64,000 nucleotides of DNA. It comes from Acidobacteriota bacterium (GTDB lineage Bacteria > Acidobacteriota > UBA890 > WLXD01). This document shows, piece by piece, positions 10,382 to 19,315 of this stretch (within the stretch, counting starts at the first letter, position 1; each line of letters begins with the position of its first letter). The DNA lies in NCBI GenBank assembly GCA_963666055.2, contig CAXWPH010000014.1, positions 64,001 through 128,000 on the forward strand. Direction: 5' to 3'. A program made the translations under genes and the position numbers. The notes under the pieces are model-generated. The model was not told the DNA's origin. It saw only the letters and a program-made list of their open reading frames with translations, and made no database searches.

Positions 10382-11608
10382 TCAGAGCGTCGTAATGCGC
10401 AGCCGGTGAATGCGCCTCTCGTCGGCGTCGAGGACCTCGACATGTAGATCCTCGCAGTCGAAGCGCTCCCCGGGTTCCGGGACACGGCCGAGGTGTGTGA
10501 AGACCATACCGCCGATGGTGTGGAACTCGCCCTCTCGTATGCTGCGGCCAATGGCCTCCTCGACATCCTCGATCTCGGCCTTCCCGGCAACGACCACACC
10601 GTCAGCGCGAATCTCGACCAGCCGCTCCTCGGGCTCGTCCTCATCCTCAATCTCACCGACGATCTCCTCGAGGACGTCCTCGAGTGTGGCAAGACCGGCC
10701 GTCCCTCCGTACTCGTCGACGACAATCGCCATTTGCTCCCGTCGACGCTGAAACTCGCCTAGCAACTCGTTGACGTGTTTGCTCTCGGGAACAAAGAAAG
10801 CTGGGCGCACGATGCTGGTCACCGGCTCTTCGTCGAGCTGGTTCTGCAGTGCGGCAAGGAGGTCCTTCAGGTTCACCAACCCTACGATGTGGTCCAGATC
10901 ATCAGTCACGACGGGAATACGTGAGAATCGGTGCTCGGCGATCAGCCGGCGTAGATGGGCAAGGCTCTCTTTGGCGTCGATGGCGATCACCTCGACGCGC
11001 GGTGTCATCACCTCGCGGACAATTGTCTCATCGAAGTCGGCAACGCCACGAAGCAGCGCTTCCTCGGACTCACTAACCAAACCCTCTTCTTCCGCCAGGT
11101 CCAGGAATGCGCCCAGGTCGTCGCGCAACGCATCATCCGTGTTGGCCAGGTTGCGAGCTCGGGCGCGGTCAGCCGTACGGGACAGGTAGGACGCCAGCGG
11201 GCCAAACAAGAGCCGCACCAAACGGAACCACAGCGCGCCTGCCCGGAGCACCCTGTCTGAGCCGACAAGCGCGACTAGCCAATAGGGCAGCAGCTTGTCG
11301 ACGATCAGATATACCGCGATGGTGACGACCAACGGGGCAAGCAGCCATGGCTGCCACGCATGGCGCACGCCATATTCGGCGATCTGTACCGCCAGGCCGA
11401 CCAGCAGCAACTGCCGGGCCACGCCCATCGACACGAACGCAACCTCGACCGCCGAAGACCCCGCCTCGTCGACATCGCCGGCTAGGGTTCCGCTGGCCCA
11501 TTCGCGCCGTTGCAAGCGGCTCAGGCTGCGTCCGGCGACGGAAACCGCCGCGGAGATCGCCAATAGCAGGCCGGTGCCGATGAGCGCAGCGACCTCCCCC
11601 GGTGTCAT
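10382..11608 (-). CDS. Hemolysin/CNNM-family CBS + CorC domain membrane protein
   Basis: N-terminal TM segments, VREVMTPR, FSRIPV, VDEYGGTAGLATLEDVLEEIVGEIEDE, C-terminal CorC domain. Confidence 0.9.
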   Translation of the reverse strand: MTPGEVAALIGTGLLLAISAAVSVAGRSLSRLQRREWASGTLAGDVDEAGSSAVEVAFVSMGVARQLLLVGLAVQIAEYGVRHAWQPWLLAPLVVTIAVYLIVDKLLPYWLVALVGSDRVLRAGALWFRLVRLLFGPLASYLSRTADRARARNLANTDDALRDDLGAFLDLAEEEGLVSESEEALLRGVADFDETIVREVMTPRVEVIAIDAKESLAHLRRLIAEHRFSRIPVVTDDLDHIVGLVNLKDLLAALQNQLDEEPVTSIVRPAFFVPESKHVNELLGEFQRRREQMAIVVDEYGGTAGLATLEDVLEEIVGEIEDEDEPEERLVEIRADGVVVAGKAEIEDVEEAIGRSIREGEFHTIGGMVFTHLGRVPEPGERFDCEDLHVEVLDADERRIHRLRITTL

Positions 11609-12072
11609 GTCGCCGTCCCCGCAGACACGCAACGCGGACGCAAAGCGCGCTCCAGCCGTGACATCGTGCCACCGTCGCTCGTGTGGTCGTATCCGACCAA
11701 ATGCAACACCCCGTGCAGCGCCAACACGCTCAGCTCGTAGAGGTACGGATGACCAAGCTCACGAGCCTGACGTGCCGCCTGGTCAGTACAAATCATCACA
11801 TCGCCCCAATACGTTGGGTCGCCAGCGCCCACCCGCACCGCCTTGGTGTCCGGCACTGCCCCATCGTCGGCCCGAAACGACAACACGTCAGTGGTGGCGT
11901 CCTTGCCGACGAAACGGCGATGATGATCCGTCATACGCGCATCGTGCACGAATGCGAACGCGATTGTTCCGGTGCCCCGACCAGCACCAGCCTGGGCTAC
12001 TTCTGCCACCCGGCGAAGATTCGATGCCGCCAGCACCGGTCGAAGCTGATAGTTCCGCACGACCACGTTCAA
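11605..12072 (-). CDS. ybeY: rRNA maturation RNase YbeY
   Basis: TDVLSF and HGVLHLVGYDH motifs. Confidence 0.94.
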   Translation of the reverse strand: MNVVVRNYQLRPVLAASNLRRVAEVAQAGAGRGTGTIAFAFVHDARMTDHHRRFVGKDATTDVLSFRADDGAVPDTKAVRVGAGDPTYWGDVMICTDQAARQARELGHPYLYELSVLALHGVLHLVGYDHTSDGGTMSRLERALRPRCVSAGTAT

Positions 12073-14390
12073 TTGGACGCCGGCGTCGCAAGGGACTGGG
12101 CGGAAGCCGCGGCTACGGACTCCGGGTCAGATGGCTCGGCAGACTCCGAACGGTCCTCGGGGTATTCGATCCGATGGTGGTGCATGCCCGACAGCACCCC
12201 GACGAACGCCTCGGTGACCTTCGACAGATCGGCGATGGTCATGTCGCACTCATCGAGCTGGCCGTCATCGAGAACGTCGCGAACGTTCTTGCGAATCATC
12301 TCGCGGAGCTTGACCTCGGTCGGCTCGTCGATGAGGCGTGACATCGCCTCAACCCCGTCGGCGAGCATGATGAGCGCCGCCTCCCTGCTTTGCGGTCTCG
12401 GCCCCGGATAGCGGAAGTCCTCTTCGCGCACCCGGCTCGTCTCGTTCCCCGCCTGTTGCTTGGCGCGCTCGTGGAAGTAGCGCATGCATCTCGTGCCATG
12501 GTGCTGCGGCACGATATCGATGAGTGGCTGCGGCAGCCGTTGCTCCTTGGCGTACGCGACACCGTCCTTGACGTGACGTATGAGGATAAGCGCGCTCATG
12601 TGTGGCGCCAGCCCATCGTGCGGGTTCCGCCCATCCTTTTGATTCTCGACGAAATACTCCGGCTGACGCATCTTGCCGACGTCGTGGTAGTAGGCGGCAA
12701 CGCGCGCGAACAGCGGGTTGGCTCCGATTGCCTCGGCAGCTTTCTCGGCCAGCGTGCCAACGACAACACTGTGGTGATAGGTCCCCGGAGCGACGACCGC
12801 CAGTTGCTTGAGCAACGGCAGGTTCATGTTCGACAGCTCGAGAAGCTTGATGTCGGTGAGCGTGTTGAACACAGATTCGAGCGGCGGCAAGACGGCCATC
12901 GCTAGCACCGCGACCTGGATACCGCCGAATAGGGCCAAGGCGCCCTCAAAGCCGGTGAGTGACCACGGAGGCGCTGGCTGTGCGAGCAGCGCGAAGCCGA
13001 GTACGACCAGCACGTTGACCACGCCGACCACCACAACCATCCGCGCCATAGCCGTCCGCTGGCTGTACCGCACCAGCGCGAATACCGCGGCGAACGAGCT
13101 CAGCAACGCGTACAGCGCCAGCTCGAGACTGCCCGTCATGACGCCCAAGATCACCGCCTGAACCGCCGCATAAATCCACGCCACATCGGCGTCAACGAGT
13201 AACACCACCAGCAGCGCCCCGGCGGCAACCGGCAACGCGTAGGGATAAGCCTCCGCCACGTTGTAGGGCGGCTGCGCGAATGAACGCGCCACGGCATCGC
13301 CAATAAACAGCATGATACGTGTGGCAATCGTCGTACCCACAAGCAGCACCAGCAGCAAGTGATGCAACCTCGCGACCCGGACCACATGATTCCGTGTCCG
13401 GTAATGGCGCACGTAGCGCCACATTGCGACGATCGCCAGCCCCACGAGCAACAGAATGCCGCCGGTCGCCGTACGAGAACCGCCCGGTGCCCCTTGCTGT
13501 CGGAAGGCCGCCAGCTCGCGCAGCACGCGATCCGTAACGGCATCACCCTCTCGGGCGATAGTGCGACCCCTCTTCACCTGATAGAAGACCTGGTCTACTG
13601 CGCTGGCAGCGCCCTGCCGGCGCGCCTGGGTCTCGTTGCTGTTGTATGTCAGGTTCGGCCGCAGCAGCTTGCCGAGCAGCGCCACCAGCCCCTCTTCCAT
13701 CGCGGCATCGACATCGAGCGTCTCCATCCCCTGACGTCGTATGCGAGCACGGGCAGTTTCGAGATCGACGATGTCGCTCAAGTCGTCGAGCACGCGCTCT
13801 TCCTGATCGGCGATGTCCCGTATGCGGATGGAGTTGTTGCGGCCCAAGCTCAGCACCTGCGTCGTCCCGAGTAGCGAGTGCTGTACCTGGTTTCGAAGTA
13901 GCCTCTCCGCTGCCAGCTCGGTTTCGGCGGTGAAGCCTTCGTCCCAAGCGAGGCCGATGACGTCGTCGGGAAGCATCAACCCTACGAGGGTGTCCGCCTC
14001 CGAGGTCAACTGCGCACGACGATCGCGCTCCAACTCCGACCAGGAGCCAGCATCGAGAACCTGCTCGCGACCCCAGGCAAACAATTCATTCAACGATGCC
14101 ACCGGCTCACGCCACGCAAACGGATCGAAGTCGTAGACGTCAAGCACAGCGGCACGCGCTTCGTCGCGCCGACGCCCCGTAGACTCCGGATCTGGAACAC
14201 GCAGCTCGATCGGCGCCGCAATGTCGGCCTCCACTATGTCGCCGGCCAAGTAGTCGTAGGTGCGGATGCTCTGTTGGCCGCTGATCAGAAACACGATGAC
14301 CAGACCGGCGATCACGGACCAGAAATGTTCACGGTCCAACAAACTCTCGAGATGGCCGACTTTTCGCGCTCGGCTGGCGTCCTCAGTCAT
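12069..14390 (-). CDS. 7TM-HD phosphohydrolase (PgpH-like cyclic-di-AMP phosphodiesterase family)
   Basis: Extracellular domain, multi-TM block, APGTYHHS, YYHDVGK, QHHGT, FRYPGPRP, MLAD; between phoH and ybeY. Confidence 0.88.
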   Translation of the reverse strand: MTEDASRARKVGHLESLLDREHFWSVIAGLVIVFLISGQQSIRTYDYLAGDIVEADIAAPIELRVPDPESTGRRRDEARAAVLDVYDFDPFAWREPVASLNELFAWGREQVLDAGSWSELERDRRAQLTSEADTLVGLMLPDDVIGLAWDEGFTAETELAAERLLRNQVQHSLLGTTQVLSLGRNNSIRIRDIADQEERVLDDLSDIVDLETARARIRRQGMETLDVDAAMEEGLVALLGKLLRPNLTYNSNETQARRQGAASAVDQVFYQVKRGRTIAREGDAVTDRVLRELAAFRQQGAPGGSRTATGGILLLVGLAIVAMWRYVRHYRTRNHVVRVARLHHLLLVLLVGTTIATRIMLFIGDAVARSFAQPPYNVAEAYPYALPVAAGALLVVLLVDADVAWIYAAVQAVILGVMTGSLELALYALLSSFAAVFALVRYSQRTAMARMVVVVGVVNVLVVLGFALLAQPAPPWSLTGFEGALALFGGIQVAVLAMAVLPPLESVFNTLTDIKLLELSNMNLPLLKQLAVVAPGTYHHSVVVGTLAEKAAEAIGANPLFARVAAYYHDVGKMRQPEYFVENQKDGRNPHDGLAPHMSALILIRHVKDGVAYAKEQRLPQPLIDIVPQHHGTRCMRYFHERAKQQAGNETSRVREEDFRYPGPRPQSREAALIMLADGVEAMSRLIDEPTEVKLREMIRKNVRDVLDDGQLDECDMTIADLSKVTEAFVGVLSGMHHHRIEYPEDRSESAEPSDPESVAAASAQSLATPASN

Positions 14391-15399
14391 GTCGGCCCTT
14401 CGACAAACTGGAATCGCCGACACCACCCCGCTGATCGTGTCGCTCGTAGGCTCGGACGATTTGTTTGACCAACTCGTGGCGCACCACGTCACCGCGACTG
14501 AACTCGACGCGGGCGATGCCCTCAATTCCGGCAAGCAAGTCGAGCGCCTCGACGAGGCCGGAGGGCTGGTCATGGCGCAGATCGGTCTGGGTTACGTCGC
14601 CGTTGATCACCGCGCACGAGTTCAGCCCGAGGCGAGTCAGCAACATCTTCATCTGCTCTGGCGTGGTGTTCTGCGCCTCATCGAGAATTACGAAGGCATC
14701 GGACAGCGTTCGTCCGCGCATGAAAGCGAGCGGCGCGATCTCGATCTGATCGCGCTCGATCAGGCGAGTGGCGCGATCGAACCCGACCAACGAGTAGAGA
14801 GCATCGTAGAGTGGACGCAGATACGGGTTGACCTTCTCGATCATGTCGCCCGGAAGAAAGCCCAACCGCTCGCCTGCCTCAATGGCGGGTCGCACCAGTA
14901 TGATGCGGCGCACACGGCGCATGTTGAGCGCCTCGACCGCCATGGCCATCGCCAGGAACGTCTTACCAGTACCTGCCGGTCCCACCGCGAAGACAAGATC
15001 GTGCGTCCGAATCGCCTCCAAGTAGCGCCTCTGGTTCGGCCCCTTGGGTCGTACCGAGCGCCCCTTGTACGCCGGTATCTCGATATCGGTGAAGAAGTCC
15101 TCGAGCGATAGTTCCGGTTGTTCGGTCGCTACCTGGATAGCGGTTCGAACTTCGGCAGCTTTGATCTCGTGCCCGTGTTCGGCCAGTCGGCCGAGCGTTG
15201 TCAAGATGCGAGCCGCGATCTCGACGCGCTCGGAATCACCTTCGAGAAATATCTCCTGATCGCGCGCCGAGATCTGCACCCCGAGCTCATTCTCGAGTAG
15301 CTGCAGATTCTCGTCGTGGATGCCGAAGAGCACCTGGGCGGCACGCTCTGCGAGCTCGATCCGGCGTCCGGGCGCGGCGCGCAGCTTACCCTGCGTCAT
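14383..15399 (-). CDS. phoH: PhoH-family ATPase
   Basis: GPAGTGKT, LGFLPGD, PLAFMRGRTL, DEAQN, DVVRH. Confidence 0.94.
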   Translation of the reverse strand: MTQGKLRAAPGRRIELAERAAQVLFGIHDENLQLLENELGVQISARDQEIFLEGDSERVEIAARILTTLGRLAEHGHEIKAAEVRTAIQVATEQPELSLEDFFTDIEIPAYKGRSVRPKGPNQRRYLEAIRTHDLVFAVGPAGTGKTFLAMAMAVEALNMRRVRRIILVRPAIEAGERLGFLPGDMIEKVNPYLRPLYDALYSLVGFDRATRLIERDQIEIAPLAFMRGRTLSDAFVILDEAQNTTPEQMKMLLTRLGLNSCAVINGDVTQTDLRHDQPSGLVEALDLLAGIEGIARVEFSRGDVVRHELVKQIVRAYERHDQRGGVGDSSLSKGRHD

Positions 15400-17182
15400 C
15401 CAGCCCATCTCCGGCAGCAACGTTGGTCGGTAGCCCACGCACGCATATGTGTAACTCCTCGAGCTGCTCCTCAGAAGCCGGTGCGGGAGCCTCGGTCAGC
15501 AAGTCCGAGGCGCGTGTGGTCTTGGGAAACGCGATCACTTCTCGCAAGCTGCTTCGGCCGGCCATCATCATCACGATACGATCGAACCCCAGGGCAATGC
15601 CACCGTGTGGGGGGGCCCCGTAGCGGAGTGCACGGAGTAAAAAACCAAACTTCTCGTTGGCCTCGTTCTCATCGACGCCGAGCACAGCAAGTACGCGCTT
15701 CTGAAGGTCGCCACGATGAATTCTGATGCTCCCACCGCCAAGCTCGACACCGTTGAGCACCAGATCGTATGACTGCGCCTTGACCGACAGCGGAGCGCTT
15801 TCGAGCAAGTCGACATCCTGCTCCACCGGCGACGTGAATGGATGATGACGTGCGGCCAGTCGATCGGTCTCGCCAGCACGCTGCAGAAGCGGGAACTCAT
15901 TGACCCAGAGAAAGCGCAGCCCGGTCCCAACCCAACCCTCGGACTTGGCCAGCGATGTACGTAGGGTCCCGACGGCTGTCGCAGCGACTTCCCACTCGTC
16001 GCCGACCATCACCATTCCATCCCCGTTCTCGAGCGCCGCGACGTCGGCCACCGACTCCAACAGGCCGGCCTCGAGAAACTTGGCGATCGGCGAGCTGACC
16101 TCGCCGTCGGTCCGCTTGGCCCAAACCAAGCCCTTGGCACCGCACTCTCGTGCGCGCACGGTAAGCTTGTCGAAACGAGCCCGCCCCCAGCTCGCCGCAC
16201 CCGGGATACGCAACGCCTTGACCGCACCGCCGCCGGCAAACACATCGGCGAAAGCGCGGAAGCCGCTGTCGGCAAAATGCTCCGTGACATCGACGAGCTC
16301 GTATCCATACCGCATATCAGGACGATCCGTGCCGAAGCGATTGATCGCCTCGTGGAAGTCTAGCTGCGGGAACCCCGGCTCAACCTCATGACCGCTGACC
16401 GACAGCAGCCGCATCATCAGCGACTCTGCAAGGGCGCGAACGTCGTCGGCATCGACGAAGCTCATCTCGACGTCGATCTGGGTGAATTCCGGCTGTCGAT
16501 CAGCGCGCAGATCCTCGTCGCGGAAGCAACGCACGATCTGAAAGTAGCGATCGAACCCTGACACCATCAGCAGCTGCTTGAACAGCTGGGGGCTCTGAGG
16601 AAGCGCATAGAAGCTACCGGGCTGCACGCGGCTAGGCACCAGATAGTCGCGCGCGCCTTCCGGAGTGGAGCGAGTCAACATCGGCGTCTCGATCTCCAGG
16701 AACCCGTGCTCGTCGAGGAAAATGCGCGTCGCCATCGCCAGCCGGTGTCTTAGCGCCAACGCTTCCTGCAAGGGTGGCCGCCGCAGGTCGAGGAACCGCT
16801 CGCGCAGACGTAGCTCCTCGGATGCCCTGCCGTCCTCCTCGATGAGAAACGGTGGCGTCTCGGCGGTCGACACCGTCATCACGGTTTCGACGCGGACTTC
16901 GACGTCACCGTTCGGCGTCGCCGGATTGACCGTATCGGCGGAGCGCTCGACGACAACACCGCGCACCTCGACGACATACTCCGGTCGCCAATCGCCAGCA
17001 ATGGCGTGTGCCTCAGCTGCCCCCTCCGGGTTGAGCACACACTGAACCGACCCCGCACGATCACGTAAGTCGACGAATATCAGGCCGCCGAGGTCACGAC
17101 GGTGCCAGATCCACCCCTGGAGGCACACCTGTGCTCCGACCTGCTTGCTTGTGATCTCGCCACAACGATGCGTTCTGCGCAT
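15386..17182 (-). CDS. aspS: Aspartate--tRNA ligase
   Basis: [56 protein letters not shown]. Confidence 0.97.
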   Translation of the reverse strand: MRRTHRCGEITSKQVGAQVCLQGWIWHRRDLGGLIFVDLRDRAGSVQCVLNPEGAAEAHAIAGDWRPEYVVEVRGVVVERSADTVNPATPNGDVEVRVETVMTVSTAETPPFLIEEDGRASEELRLRERFLDLRRPPLQEALALRHRLAMATRIFLDEHGFLEIETPMLTRSTPEGARDYLVPSRVQPGSFYALPQSPQLFKQLLMVSGFDRYFQIVRCFRDEDLRADRQPEFTQIDVEMSFVDADDVRALAESLMMRLLSVSGHEVEPGFPQLDFHEAINRFGTDRPDMRYGYELVDVTEHFADSGFRAFADVFAGGGAVKALRIPGAASWGRARFDKLTVRARECGAKGLVWAKRTDGEVSSPIAKFLEAGLLESVADVAALENGDGMVMVGDEWEVAATAVGTLRTSLAKSEGWVGTGLRFLWVNEFPLLQRAGETDRLAARHHPFTSPVEQDVDLLESAPLSVKAQSYDLVLNGVELGGGSIRIHRGDLQKRVLAVLGVDENEANEKFGFLLRALRYGAPPHGGIALGFDRIVMMMAGRSSLREVIAFPKTTRASDLLTEAPAPASEEQLEELHICVRGLPTNVAAGDGLDDAG

Positions 17183-17211
17183 TCATTCCTCGCCGATGCC
17201 GGCGGCGCCGT

Positions 17212-18486
17212 TCATCCCGGCGTGCCCCGCGCATCGGACAGTAGCTGTGCAACCTTGTTGGGCAGTTCGGAGGCGGCGATCTCTACGCGCTCACCGTCGG
17301 CGATCCGCCTAAGAGTGTATCGGCCGGCGGCGATCTCATCCGGCCCCACCACGAGCTGCCATGCAGCCCCCGAACGTTTTGCCGCCCGCAGTTGCGCCTT
17401 CTTGTTACGAGCATCGTATGCAGCGCTGAGCGTACGCACTCCAGCGGCCCGTAGTCGGTGCAACAGGTCGTGGGCGACCTCGGTCGACTCCTCATCGAAC
17501 GCCACGACAAAAACGTCTGCGACACCGCCGGCGGCCTCGTCCGGCATGGCAAGCAGGATACGTTCCACGCCGGAGGCGAATCCCGTGCCGGGGCGATCGT
17601 CTCCTCCCAACTGCGCTACGAGCCCATCGTATCTGCCGCCGCCCAGCAGCGAGTCCTGCGCACCGAGTGCCTCCGAGGTGATCTCGAAGACCGTCTCCCG
17701 GTAGTAGTCGAGCCCGCGCACAAGCCGTGGATCGAGATCGTATGCGACGTGCCAGAGATCGAGCAGCTGTTGCACGCGTTCGAAGTGTCTGGCCGATCGC
17801 GACGATAACGAACCGTGGATGGTCGGCAACTGGTCGAGGATTGGTTGGCACTCCGGAATCTTGCAGTCGAAAACCCGCAGCGGATTGGTCGCATGGCGTT
17901 GATGACAGTCCTTGCACAAGACGTCGAGGTGCTCCGCTTGGGCCCGCACCAAAACCGCCAGGTACGTGGCCCGCGTTTGCTGATCGCCCACCGTGTTCAG
18001 CATGAGATGTGGCTGATGCACACCGAGCTCGTGCAGCCAACGCATCGCCATCTCCATGATCTCGGCATCAACGCGCGGCGACCCCGAGCCGAGCGCCTCG
18101 ACTCCGATCTGATGGAACTGCCGGTAGCGACCCTTCTGAGGACGCTCGTAACGAAACATCGGGCCCATGTAGTAGAAACGATCCATGGAGAGGCCCTGCC
18201 CGAGGCCATGCTCCAGGTAGGCACGAATAACCGGTGGGGTGCCTTCGGGGCGAAGCGTAAGATCGTTTCCCCCGAGATCCTCGAACCGGTACATCTCCTT
18301 CCGCACGATATCGGTGGCTTCTCCGGTCCCCTTCAAGAACACGGCGCTGTCCTCGAAGATCGGCGTGCGCAGCTCCCGGAAGCCGTAGAGCGCGAACACC
18401 TCGCGTGCAGCCGCCTCGACGCGTTGCCAGCGCTCGACCTCTCCGGGCAGGATGTCCCGAGTGCCGCGGATCGCCTTCAATCTCAC
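17212..18486 (-). CDS. hisS: Histidine--tRNA ligase
   Basis: RGTRD, LRPEGT, FRYERPQKGRYRQF, LVRGLDYY, GGGRYD. Confidence 0.97.
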   Translation of the reverse strand: MRLKAIRGTRDILPGEVERWQRVEAAAREVFALYGFRELRTPIFEDSAVFLKGTGEATDIVRKEMYRFEDLGGNDLTLRPEGTPPVIRAYLEHGLGQGLSMDRFYYMGPMFRYERPQKGRYRQFHQIGVEALGSGSPRVDAEIMEMAMRWLHELGVHQPHLMLNTVGDQQTRATYLAVLVRAQAEHLDVLCKDCHQRHATNPLRVFDCKIPECQPILDQLPTIHGSLSSRSARHFERVQQLLDLWHVAYDLDPRLVRGLDYYRETVFEITSEALGAQDSLLGGGRYDGLVAQLGGDDRPGTGFASGVERILLAMPDEAAGGVADVFVVAFDEESTEVAHDLLHRLRAAGVRTLSAAYDARNKKAQLRAAKRSGAAWQLVVGPDEIAAGRYTLRRIADGERVEIAASELPNKVAQLLSDARGTPG

Positions 18487-19307
18487 CACCGCCTCCTTAC
18501 TCGGATCAGCTCCCCAGCCTTGACTTCGTGGGTTCGACCATCGACAACGACCCTGAGTCCGCCGCTCGAGGAGAGACCCGCACAACGGCCATGGAGCAGG
18601 CCGTCCTGAGTGCAGACGTCGACCAGGCTGCCTACCGCCGACGGTGCCAGCATCAGCCAGCGATCGATTATCGGCTGCAGGCCAGCATCACGAGCGATGT
18701 CGTCCCAACGTTGCATGCCGGTCATGAGCCGTGCCAGCAGCTCCTCGCGATCGACCGAATGGCCGGCCAGCAGTCGCGCGCTGGTAGCACCGCTCAGCTT
18801 GTCGGAGAAATCGGCGCGTCTCTGGTTGACGTTGACGCCGAACCCGCACACGAGGAAATCGAGTTCCGGCCCCATCGCCTCGCCCTCGACGAGCACGCCG
18901 GCAATCTTCTGACCGAGGCAATAGCAGTCGTTCGGCCAGAGAAGCTCCGCGGCGTGCGGCTGGACGTGCGCAAGGGCTTCAGCTACAGCGATACCGGCGG
19001 CCAACTGCACCGCGGTTGCGTAGTCGGCCGAAGGCGTCGGGGGGCGCAGCACCACCGACGCGTAAAGTCCTAGCCCCGCGGGAGACTCCCAGCGACGCCG
19101 ACGGCGACCACGGCCAGCCGTCTGCTCCTCGGCCAGTATCAGCGTGCCATCATCGGCGCCCGCGCGGCCGAGCTCACGCGCAACGGAGTTCGTCGACGCC
19201 ACCGTCTGGTGAGCGACAACCTCGCGGGCCATACGGGACGGCACCGCCAGGGCCCGGAACCGCGCCACATCCAAGGGTCGATTGGTTGGCGCGCTGGCCG
19301 TACTCAT
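18483..19307 (-). CDS. birA: Biotin--[acetyl-CoA carboxylase] ligase, no N-terminal HTH
   Basis: STN, QTAGRGR, WPND, KIAGVL, GVNVN. Confidence 0.92.
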   Translation of the reverse strand: MSTASAPTNRPLDVARFRALAVPSRMAREVVAHQTVASTNSVARELGRAGADDGTLILAEEQTAGRGRRRRRWESPAGLGLYASVVLRPPTPSADYATAVQLAAGIAVAEALAHVQPHAAELLWPNDCYCLGQKIAGVLVEGEAMGPELDFLVCGFGVNVNQRRADFSDKLSGATSARLLAGHSVDREELLARLMTGMQRWDDIARDAGLQPIIDRWLMLAPSAVGSLVDVCTQDGLLHGRCAGLSSSGGLRVVVDGRTHEVKAGELIRVRRRW

Positions 19308-19315
19308 CGCGCCCC

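Noticed and set aside
11295-12341. Long antisense or alternate-frame ORFs (e.g. 348 aa here, 347 aa at 38840-39883)
   Set aside because: Shadow ORFs expected in high-GC coding DNA; Arg/Ser/Pro-rich with no motifs
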